Source: a virus (Duplodnaviria; Caudoviricetes). Taken from it: a DNA stretch of 50,922 nucleotides. Position numbers and translations under genes: made by a program. Where the stretch lies: positions 1-50,922 of IMG/VR virus record IMGVR_UViG_3300025508_000027. One strand, given 5' to 3'. Positions 1 through 7,471 of the stretch are shown here, one piece after another (the stretch's first letter is position 1; each line of letters begins with the position of its first letter). The notes under the pieces were generated by a model, which worked only from the letters and a program-made list of their open reading frames with translations, did no database searches and was not told where the DNA came from.

Positions 1-2
1 TC

Positions 3-209
3 CGCCTCAAGGACAACGAGCTTAAGGATGCCATCGACCAGTACACCACCAAGCGTGATGCACAGGGTCAGGGCGGCAACGTTAGATTTCGACTATTCAT
101 GTCGAAGAATGGCAAGCCATGCCTAAGTGTATGGGATCCTAACAGTGAAGCGGCGCAAGAGCGTCGAACGGCAACTAAATCCGAGGGGTCGTCTGACCTT
201 CCGTTCTAA
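3..209 (+). CDS. 3' end of a gene cut by the window edge; SSB-like protein
   Basis: Frame 3 is open from the window start to TAA at 207-209 and reads ...FRLFMSKNGKPCLSVWDPNSEAAQERRTATKSEGSSDLPF*. The DLPF tail is typical of SSBs. Not in the ORF track. Confidence 0.6.
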   Translation, partial: RLKDNELKDAIDQYTTKRDAQGQGGNVRFRLFMSKNGKPCLSVWDPNSEAAQERRTATKSEGSSDLPF

Positions 210-230
210 CAGGTTGTTTTAATAGGATAC

Positions 231-264
231 GGGGGGTGGAGCGAAAGCTCTGCCCCCTTTCTTT
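231..264 (+). terminator. Intrinsic terminator
   Basis: GGGGGTGGAGC-GAAA-GCTCTGCCCCC hairpin followed by TTTCTTT, 22 nt after the stop of the SSB-like gene. Confidence 0.75.
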
Positions 265-275
265 CCTCTACTATT

Positions 276-524
276 ATGGGACGACCTATATACTCCATGA
301 CCGCAAAGGTCACAACGATTAAGAATAAGCGACCACAGTCTAGAAACGTGTGGATCGTAAGCCAATACAGCGAACCTATGGACATCATGAAGAACGATGG
401 AAAAACAATGTCTAGGCTTGAGCGTGAGTTGTTTACTGCTAAAGCTAAGAACAAGACCATTGTGATTGATTCCATAACTTCGATAAAACAAGTTGGAACA
501 ACATCACTACCAAATGAAACATAG
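276..524 (+). CDS. Hypothetical protein (82 aa)
   Basis: ATG start, operon orientation, stop overlaps the start of the next gene. Confidence 0.7.
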   Translation: MGRPIYSMTAKVTTIKNKRPQSRNVWIVSQYSEPMDIMKNDGKTMSRLERELFTAKAKNKTIVIDSITSIKQVGTTSLPNET

Positions 525-834
525 CAACAAACAAGTAGGGGGTAAGCACTACAAGGAAATGAAGATTCAACCCACTGACTTCATAGCCGCCAATGACATA
601 CCCTTTATAGAGGGGAATGTAATTAAATACGTATGCCGACACGAATTCAAGAACGGCAAGGAGGATGTCCTCAAGGCTATCCACTACTTAAATCTATTAC
701 TCGAATACAAATACTCGGATGAACGTAACGATATACAAAGACCTGTACAAGAAGTCAAAGGCGGATGCCCATGTGATTCCGATTGTGACTGCCCTCAAAA
801 GAATACAGGAGGGGACTTCTGCGCCAACGATTGA
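514..834 (+). CDS. DUF3310 / T7 gp1.7-like protein (putative nucleotide kinase)
   Basis: QVGGKHY...IQPTDFI...FIEGNVIKYVCR...KNGKEDVLKAIHYL is the characteristic pattern. ATG at 514 is preferred over the TTG at 493. Confidence 0.8.
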   Translation: MKHSNKQVGGKHYKEMKIQPTDFIAANDIPFIEGNVIKYVCRHEFKNGKEDVLKAIHYLNLLLEYKYSDERNDIQRPVQEVKGGCPCDSDCDCPQKNTGGDFCAND

Positions 835-2536
835 AGCTGTACGTGGTGGAGAAAAAGATTTTAAAAAGAGCCTACCCGTTGTATTGTTCAGCGGTGAGTT
901 TGGCGACAGGAAAGACCAAGCAATTGAGAAGCATAGCGGATACATTGTTTTGGATTTCGATCACATTGATGTTAATGTATCCAAGGCTCTCCTCAGTACC
1001 GACCCGTATGTATACAGCTGCTGGGTATCTCCGTCAGGCGATGGGCTTAAGGCGTTAGTTAAGATAACGCACCCTGAGCGTCACCGTGATCACTTCCGTG
1101 CGCTACGCACATACTTTAGCAAGCAGTACGACCTAGAGGTAGACGAGTCTGGCATCAATGAATCCCGTGCATGCTTTGAATCATACGACCCAGACATCAT
1201 CATCAAAGATGAATCATCTACCTTCGGAGCATTCGCTACAGAAAAGAGTGAATCACAGGTAGCTGTCTCACAATCAGGGGTTTACACGGATTACTTAAAG
1301 TTAAATCTAGCTGCACGTATGATACGTCAGTGCGACGATGGGGAGAAACATGCTACCCTGCTTCGTGCCGCTAGGCTGTGCGGTGGGTATGTAGCCGCTG
1401 GACGTATGGAAGAGGACGAGGTAGTGCGTGTACTAACCCGCGAGATACTCAAGCGCGATGTAGATGATGAGAAGCACACCGTCAACACGATACGAGACGC
1501 TATCGAAAAGGGCAAGCAAGACCCTATCCGAGCTACCATCGACGACGAGAAGAAGGCACAGCGTGAGATGTTAGTGAATGATGGGGATATGTCTTTCATA
1601 TCATCAGATGACGAGGACTTCAGGTGGATTGATGACTACGCTAATGGACGTATACCCGTAGGCTTAGACACAGGCGACAAGGATCTCGATCAATACTTCA
1701 GGTACAAGCGAGAGTTCACTATCATCAATGGACACAGCAACGTGGGTAAAACCACTATGGCTCTGTATCTCATGGTTAACGCTACCGTGCGACACGGGTG
1801 GAAGTGGGTGGTATACTCATCAGAAAACCGAACAGCATCCCTAAAGATGTCTCTCATACAGTTCGCGCTTAACAAGCCAATCAGCTCTATGAATTACATG
1901 GAAAGGAAGAAGGCATATGAGTGGGTTGGAAAGTACTTCACTGTAATTAGCAACAAACAAGTGTACAGCTACTCAGATATTATCGTATTCCTTGAGAAGG
2001 TAATGAAACAACAAGAGGTAGATGCTGTATTTATAGACCCGTACAACAGCCTAAAGCTAGACATGGGTAAGTCAGGTATTGGTGTACACGAGTATCACTA
2101 CGAGGCGGCCTCTGAGTTCCTTACATTCTCGACAGCAAACAACATCGCAGTGTGGTTAAACATGCACGCTGTTACAGCTTCACAGCGAATCAAAGGTGAG
2201 GATGGGTTGCCTGTTGCTCCATACGCTGAGGACACAGAGGGAGGAGGTAAGTTTGTTAACCGAGCTGACTCGTTCTTAACTATACACAGAAAGGTACAGC
2301 ATCCAACCCCTGCGGAGCGTAAGATCACAGAATTCCATGTACGTAAGGTGCGTGACGTTGAGACAGGCGGTGAGCCCACACCGCTTGAAGAGCCATTCCG
2401 ATTTGAAATGAACACATCGAGAACTGGATTCCGTGCGTTTAAGACTCAGAGAATGATGTTTGAGTCTGTTGATTTAGACGGAAGTAAGCAAGAACCCTTT
2501 GTTTTTCCCGTGAACTCTTCGTTTTTAGACAACTAG
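719..2536 (+). CDS. Primase-helicase fusion (BT4734/VirE-N-like primase domain plus DnaB-like SF4 helicase)
   Basis: N-terminal KKSLPVVLFSG...SGYIVLDFDH...SPSGDGLK...D...RACFESYDP; Walker A GHSNVGKT; Walker B VFIDPYN. Confidence 0.85.
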   Translation: MNVTIYKDLYKKSKADAHVIPIVTALKRIQEGTSAPTIEAVRGGEKDFKKSLPVVLFSGEFGDRKDQAIEKHSGYIVLDFDHIDVNVSKALLSTDPYVYSCWVSPSGDGLKALVKITHPERHRDHFRALRTYFSKQYDLEVDESGINESRACFESYDPDIIIKDESSTFGAFATEKSESQVAVSQSGVYTDYLKLNLAARMIRQCDDGEKHATLLRAARLCGGYVAAGRMEEDEVVRVLTREILKRDVDDEKHTVNTIRDAIEKGKQDPIRATIDDEKKAQREMLVNDGDMSFISSDDEDFRWIDDYANGRIPVGLDTGDKDLDQYFRYKREFTIINGHSNVGKTTMALYLMVNATVRHGWKWVVYSSENRTASLKMSLIQFALNKPISSMNYMERKKAYEWVGKYFTVISNKQVYSYSDIIVFLEKVMKQQEVDAVFIDPYNSLKLDMGKSGIGVHEYHYEAASEFLTFSTANNIAVWLNMHAVTASQRIKGEDGLPVAPYAEDTEGGGKFVNRADSFLTIHRKVQHPTPAERKITEFHVRKVRDVETGGEPTPLEEPFRFEMNTSRTGFRAFKTQRMMFESVDLDGSKQEPFVFPVNSSFLDN

Positions 2537-2540
2537 GCTG

Positions 2541-2548
2541 TATCTTAG
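2541..2548 (+). promoter_or_regulatory. Putative -7 promoter box variant (TATCTTAG)
   Basis: One mismatch to Bacteroidota TAnnTTTG, 5 nt before the GTG at 2554. The same octamer occurs at 3736. Confidence 0.45.
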
Positions 2549-2553
2549 CCTAA

Positions 2554-3042
2554 GTGAAACGACAGAAAAGCGGGACTCCTAAGCGTAAATCAGCAAAAAA
2601 GCGCAATTTAGGTAAGTATAAAAGCGGATTAGAGAAGACATGTGCGGACTTGTTGTCTGAGCATAAGCTTGCTTTCACCTACGAGACTCATGAGTATATG
2701 CTCATGGAGAAGTTTAGGTATCCAGGAACTTACCTGAAGATGACTACTAAGCGGAAAGACTTGTCGGATCGTACTGATGCGATAGTCCTTCCCATTAAAT
2801 ACACCCCAGACTTCGTAGGACCAAACGGAGAATGGATTATCGAAACCAAAGGGTACACTCCTTCGCATCATGACTTTCCGATGCGTTGGAAGCTGTTCCT
2901 TAAGCACTTGATAGACTCAGGAGAACCAGTCCCCGCTTTGTTCATCTGTAAAAATAAACACCAGATTGAGCAAGCTATAGTGAAACTTAAAGAACTAGGA
3001 TATGGCAAAAAACGAGTTAACAAAGGAACAGCTAGGAGCTAG
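2554..3042 (+). CDS. T7 endonuclease I-like Holliday junction resolvase
   Basis: YKSGLE...YE...YTPDF...IIETKG PD-(D/E)XK signature. Confidence 0.8.
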   Translation: MKRQKSGTPKRKSAKKRNLGKYKSGLEKTCADLLSEHKLAFTYETHEYMLMEKFRYPGTYLKMTTKRKDLSDRTDAIVLPIKYTPDFVGPNGEWIIETKGYTPSHHDFPMRWKLFLKHLIDSGEPVPALFICKNKHQIEQAIVKLKELGYGKKRVNKGTARS

Positions 3043-3286
3043 CTACAGAATAGCCACCGTAAGGCTTCACGAACTCATTGATGAGTTTTTCGAAGAGCTA
3101 TTCGATGAGAACGGAGACCCCCGTGAGGATTCTGGCAACATAGCTAATATGATTGCTGGCGTTCGTGTTATGATGGATCAGGAGCTAGACCTTGTCAAGG
3201 AGGCTTCATTTGAACACTCTGAAGCAAACTACGATGCAAAGTCAAAACAGGAAACGATATTCGTTCTCAACAGGAAGGGTAGCTGA
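3002..3286 (+). CDS. Hypothetical acidic helical protein (94 aa)
   Basis: ATG start, overlaps both neighbours in the operon. Confidence 0.65.
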   Translation: MAKNELTKEQLGASYRIATVRLHELIDEFFEELFDENGDPREDSGNIANMIAGVRVMMDQELDLVKEASFEHSEANYDAKSKQETIFVLNRKGS

Positions 3287-3734
3287 AGTACGTTTTGAAC
3301 GCGCGGCAAGAGACTTAGGTCTTCAAGTCGTAAAGTCAGGCAGGAAAGATGACGTGCATATGCATGTTGATTTCTGGATGCAGTACGAAGGAGTTGACGG
3401 CAAGTGGGGAGTGGACGTAAAGGGCAACAACCTGCCAGATGAGATTTGGTGTGAGTTTAAAAACGTAGCTGGCAATCCAGGCTGGATGTATGGGGGTGCT
3501 AAAATCATAGCGTTCGATATGCCAGAGGAAGGTGGATTTAGTATCGTTGATCGCGAAGACCTAGTGTCTTACTGCGAGGATAATGTGGAAGATGTATTTG
3601 TGTCGCATAAGCGAGATTCATACAAGAAAAAGTACACTCGAAAAGATCGAGAGGATGTCATAACAACACTTAACTTGTTGGACCTCAAGTCTTTAGAAAC
3701 GTACAGGGTGTGGAAGTATTTTAAGGACTATTGA
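3234..3734 (+). CDS. Putative PD-(D/E)XK nuclease-fold protein
   Basis: GRVAE...HVDFW...VDVKG...EIWCEFKNV.G.PGW pattern. ATG at 3234 is preferred. Confidence 0.6.
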   Translation: MQSQNRKRYSFSTGRVAEVRFERAARDLGLQVVKSGRKDDVHMHVDFWMQYEGVDGKWGVDVKGNNLPDEIWCEFKNVAGNPGWMYGGAKIIAFDMPEEGGFSIVDREDLVSYCEDNVEDVFVSHKRDSYKKKYTRKDREDVITTLNLLDLKSLETYRVWKYFKDY

Positions 3735-3756
3735 CTATCTTAGTAGTCCGTTTTTT
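3725..3756 (+). terminator. Hairpin plus T-tract that overlaps a TATCTTAG promoter-like box (3736-3743)
   Basis: GGACTATTGA-CTATC-TTAGTAGTCC followed by GTTTTTT. Confidence 0.5.
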
Positions 3757-3776
3757 AATTTTTTAATTTTTTTAAT

Positions 3777-5669
3777 ATGTATGATCCTTCACTTGTCCCT
3801 TGGGGCGAGGTAGGGTATGCTGTCTATAAGCGTACCTATTCCAGACAAACTGCCGATGGCAAAACAGAAGAGTGGGAAGACACCGTTGATCGAGTGATTG
3901 ATGCGTGTCGTGACCAACTCAACGTAGGCTTTACCCAATTCGAAGAGGGTGAGCTGAAAAAAATAATGATGGAGCTGAAAGGCACCGTGGCAGGGCGATT
4001 TCTCTGGCAGCTAGGTACTAAAACAGTTGACCGATTGGGGTTGCCGTCTCTACAGAACTGTGCGTTCGTAGTGGTAGATGACCCTATTCGTCCATTCACA
4101 TGGGCATTTGAGATGCTTATGCTTGGCTCAGGCGTAGGATTTAACATCCAGCGAGAGAATGTATACCAACTACCAAAGGTTAAGAACCGAGTTAAGGTAG
4201 AGCGTATGGACGAGAACGACGCAGACTTTATCGTGCCTGACAGCCGTGAAGGATGGGTAGAGCTTTTACAGCGCGTTCTAGAGGCTTCATTCGTTACGGG
4301 TGAGGACTTTACATACGCCACACATCTTATTCGATCTAAGGGCTCTGCTATTAAAGGATTCGGAGGGACAGCTTCAGGACCTGAGGATCTGGTCTGGGGT
4401 ATGCAAGAGATCAATGAAATCTTAAACAAGAAATCAGGTCAGCGCCTCAGTCCTGTTGACTGTCTCGATGTAATGAACATCATTGGTAGAATCGTTGTGG
4501 CTGGTAACGTCCGTAGGTCTGCACAGATTGCTATCGGAGACTGCGATGATGTAGAGTACTTGCAAGCAAAGCGTTGGGACCTAGGTGGTATCCCTAACTG
4601 GAGAGCGATGAGTAACAACTCTGTCGTTTGTGATGATGTCTCAAAACTACCTGCTGAGTTCTGGGAAGGATACAACGGTAACGGAGAGCCATACGGACTA
4701 ATTAACCTAGAGGCTTCACGACGCATGGGCAGAACATTTGAAGTCGAGTACCCAGATCCAGACGTGCAAGGGTTTAATCCGTGTGCTGAGCAGTCCTTAG
4801 CAAACTTCGAGACGTGTTGCTTGGCTGAGATTTACCTCCCTAACATTGAACACTATGAAGAGCTAAAGAAGGTTGCGCGTTACCTATACAGGATCAACAA
4901 ACACAGCTTAGCTATCAAATGCGCTGTAAAGGAGACCGAGGATATCGTACACAAGAACATGCGCATGGGTATCGGAGTCACTGGATATTTGCAAGCGACT
5001 GAAGAGCAAAGAGGTTGGTTAGCGGATTGTTATGACTATATTAGAGCATATGACAAAGAATACTCTGAACTGGCAGGATATCCAACATCCATTAAGCTTA
5101 CAACAGTTAAGCCATCTGGAACGCTTAGTTTACTTGCTGGCGTTACACCAGGAGCTCACCCTGGATACAGCGAGTACTACATTAGACGAATCCGCATGTC
5201 AGCTGATAGTAGTCTGGCACATGCCGCCAGGGAGCACGGGTACCCTGTGGAGTTCGTGCTAAACTTTGACGGCACAGAAGACAAGTCTACTATTGTTGTA
5301 AGCTTCCCATGTAAGTTCCCTAAAGGAACCATGTTCGCTAACGACATGACAGCCTTGGATCAACTAGAGGTTATCAAGCGTCTGCAAGCTGAGTGGTCCG
5401 ACAATGCTGTATCCGTTACTATTTACTATCGTAAAGAAGAACTGGACGGTATTAAGGAGTGGCTCGATAAGAATTTCAAGAACGTGAAGTCTGTATCATT
5501 TCTGCTTCATAATGAGCATGGATTTAAGCAGGCTCCTTTGGAGGAGATTGACGAAGGCACGTACTTGGAGATGCGTAAGACGGTGACACCGATTACGTCA
5601 ATAGCCCAGCTAGAGATGGACGAGGTGGAAATTGATGACTGCGAAAGCGGTGCATGTCCAGTACGATGA
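3777..5669 (+). CDS. nrdJ: Class II (adenosylcobalamin-dependent) ribonucleotide reductase
   Basis: AGRFLW, LQNC, LMLGSGVG, VAGNVRRSA, NPCAEQ catalytic motif, TTVKPSGT and C-terminal CESGACPVR. No beta subunit gene nearby. Confidence 0.92.
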   Translation: MYDPSLVPWGEVGYAVYKRTYSRQTADGKTEEWEDTVDRVIDACRDQLNVGFTQFEEGELKKIMMELKGTVAGRFLWQLGTKTVDRLGLPSLQNCAFVVVDDPIRPFTWAFEMLMLGSGVGFNIQRENVYQLPKVKNRVKVERMDENDADFIVPDSREGWVELLQRVLEASFVTGEDFTYATHLIRSKGSAIKGFGGTASGPEDLVWGMQEINEILNKKSGQRLSPVDCLDVMNIIGRIVVAGNVRRSAQIAIGDCDDVEYLQAKRWDLGGIPNWRAMSNNSVVCDDVSKLPAEFWEGYNGNGEPYGLINLEASRRMGRTFEVEYPDPDVQGFNPCAEQSLANFETCCLAEIYLPNIEHYEELKKVARYLYRINKHSLAIKCAVKETEDIVHKNMRMGIGVTGYLQATEEQRGWLADCYDYIRAYDKEYSELAGYPTSIKLTTVKPSGTLSLLAGVTPGAHPGYSEYYIRRIRMSADSSLAHAAREHGYPVEFVLNFDGTEDKSTIVVSFPCKFPKGTMFANDMTALDQLEVIKRLQAEWSDNAVSVTIYYRKEELDGIKEWLDKNFKNVKSVSFLLHNEHGFKQAPLEEIDEGTYLEMRKTVTPITSIAQLEMDEVEIDDCESGACPVR

Positions 5670-5703
5670 AGCGTATAGATCAATGCTGGATATCCCAGCT
5701 GTA

Positions 5704-6837
5704 TTACTTGAATGGGAAGGGGCTTCGGCCCCTTTCTAGTTTCAAGACAGGTCGTGGTTCCTCCCTATAAAAAGGATCAAGTTCGGCACCGTAACATATT
5801 GTCCCCCACTGACCTAGAAGCATTGAGAAGTCAATTACATTGAAGTACCCATTTCCGTTCAGGTCTCCTTCTAGCCAATTAGGATTTTCCCAGTTTGCAA
5901 GCATAAGCATGAGGTCTACCATACCCACTACGTGGTCTCCGTTTATGTCGCCTAAGCAATAAGGATCCTGATCAGTAATTCCTGGGCGAGCTATTGGGAG
6001 GATGTAGTGCATACGCTCTATCTGACCAGGGGTGAAGTTAGTCCTACATGAATCAGGATAGTAATCCATGTGATTGTTTGGCTCATAGCCGTACAGTTCT
6101 GGTGGACATACTGGATTTACACAGTTCCAATTCACCTTAGTGGGAGGGGTATCACAAACAAGGTCTCCTGTTTCATCGCAAGGCCCTAAGTTTTCACCAC
6201 AAAAGCCTACGTCTTGGAAGACATGCCTCAATCCTACGTAGTGACCTACTTCGTGTATTAATGTTTTGTTTTGGTCTCTATCGTCAAACGCGAGCTGAGG
6301 TCCGTAATTTCCAAACACATCGGACCGAACCCACACTCCTTCAAGATCAGTAGTGGATGTGTATGATGTCCAGGCAAATCCAAGTATCCCATTGCAGAAG
6401 GTGGGGAATATATGGACGTTCATGTATATCTCTCTATCCCACACTAGATCTTCTACGTAAGCATCCATCCACTGAAACCCGCTCTGACTGTAAGGCACAC
6501 ATACGCTGTTCTGCCCTAAGATCACGGGAGCACCCCAGAACTCATCGAAGTTATGGTATATAATATCTACAAGATCAAAATTAATCATAGCCTCATCGAA
6601 CTCTTCATTTAAATGCTCGTGAGCATCCATGATGATATCCTCAGGTATATAGCTGTCTGGGAAGCTGTCGGTGTAGTGTATGTGATAAACGTAGTCTATT
6701 TCCTCCCATTGAATAGGCTCTGGAACATACCCCATCATCCTGGGCTGCAAATCTTCGTTACCGAATACAGCGCAGGAGTCCTGTCCTACAATCACGTACT
6801 GTGAGAGCAGGCATAGCGTCAGGAGAAGTAATCTCAT
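5704..6837 (-). CDS. Secreted M43 (pappalysin/ulilysin-like) zinc metalloprotease with a C-terminal dockerin-like domain
   Basis: Signal peptide MRLLLLTLCLLSQYVIVG/Q; HEVGHYVGLRH zinc motif (6223-6255); GDLVCDTPP; Met-turn NHMDY; FTPGQIERM; two DxNGxxxxxxxD repeats flanked by Cys (5794-5958). Confidence 0.88.
   Translation of the reverse strand: MRLLLLTLCLLSQYVIVGQDSCAVFGNEDLQPRMMGYVPEPIQWEEIDYVYHIHYTDSFPDSYIPEDIIMDAHEHLNEEFDEAMINFDLVDIIYHNFDEFWGAPVILGQNSVCVPYSQSGFQWMDAYVEDLVWDREIYMNVHIFPTFCNGILGFAWTSYTSTTDLEGVWVRSDVFGNYGPQLAFDDRDQNKTLIHEVGHYVGLRHVFQDVGFCGENLGPCDETGDLVCDTPPTKVNWNCVNPVCPPELYGYEPNNHMDYYPDSCRTNFTPGQIERMHYILPIARPGITDQDPYCLGDINGDHVVGMVDLMLMLANWENPNWLEGDLNGNGYFNVIDFSMLLGQWGTICYGAELDPFYREEPRPVLKLERGRSPFPFK
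5717..5735. terminator. Hairpin at the convergence of the early (+) and late (-) regions
   Basis: AAGGGGC-TTCG-GCCCCTT(T). It lies inside the last codons of the M43 gene. Confidence 0.65.
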
Positions 6838-7046
6838 TGCACTTGGTTCTTGGCTAGAAGAAGTTTCACCTCTTGAACTTCCCTCAACAGCTGCTTTATA
6901 TCCTCTTTAAATTCAGAGTTATCAGCCTCAAGGACAGCAACACGAGCTGAAAGCTTATTGTAGTCCGCTTGAAATTTTATCCAACCACCGACCAAAGCTC
7001 CCGCCACTGCTAAAAATTCAAAATGACTTAAGTTTTCAGGCATCAC
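6834..7046 (-). CDS. Small membrane protein with one TM helix and a coiled coil; holin/antiholin-like
   Basis: Hydrophobic FLAVAGALVGGWI then a heptad-like segment; coupled to both neighbours. Confidence 0.55.
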   Translation of the reverse strand: MMPENLSHFEFLAVAGALVGGWIKFQADYNKLSARVAVLEADNSEFKEDIKQLLREVQEVKLLLAKNQVQ

Positions 7047-7471
7047 TTCCTGGTTTTTTCTACGGTCCTACCAGCAAAGTAAGCTCCGAATACAGTTAAC
7101 ATTAATATCTCCAACAAAGATACGTAACTATCTTTTACGTTAAATGGCTGGTTATCAAGGCTATCCAAAAACATTGTTGTTACAAAAACAACTATTAAAA
7201 CAATTAACATAACTGGACGAATCAGCTTAGCAAGCTTAATATCGCTACTCATGTCTGCCTGCCAGCGCTCCGTTACATTCTTCTGGAACTGAATCTCTGC
7301 ATCTATCTTAGCCTTTGCTTCGGCTGGATCAATACCTGATTCTTTCTTGAGTAAGTTCTTTACAATGCCAAGCCCTCCTTTGTCTGGAAGCAAATCACCT
7401 ACTGTGTCAAGCACACCAGGTGCTTTTAGCTTGAGCCAACCCCCTAGCTTAGTGTCTTTAATCTTTTCCAC
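7043..7471 (-). CDS. Holin (GTA 3TM holin-like)
   Basis: RWQADM...LAKLIRP, two TM segments and the ending VFGAYFAGRTVEK. Confidence 0.75.
   Translation of the reverse strand: MEKIKDTKLGGWLKLKAPGVLDTVGDLLPDKGGLGIVKNLLKKESGIDPAEAKAKIDAEIQFQKNVTERWQADMSSDIKLAKLIRPVMLIVLIVVFVTTMFLDSLDNQPFNVKDSYVSLLEILMLTVFGAYFAGRTVEKTRK

Noticed and set aside
3751-3776. TTTTTTAA-like triple repeat before nrdJ
   Set aside because: Explained by a terminator T-tract plus the AT-rich, SD-less initiation region typical of Bacteroidota.
3836-4726. Antisense ORFs of 197 and 95 aa inside nrdJ
   Set aside because: They mirror the codon structure of a well-supported gene and show no motifs.
5666-5770. 34-aa ORF (MKRIDQCWISQLYY...) coupled by ATGA to the nrdJ stop
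   Set aside because: It runs through the terminator hairpin and antisense into M43, with no recognisable motif. It may be a remnant but cannot be supported.
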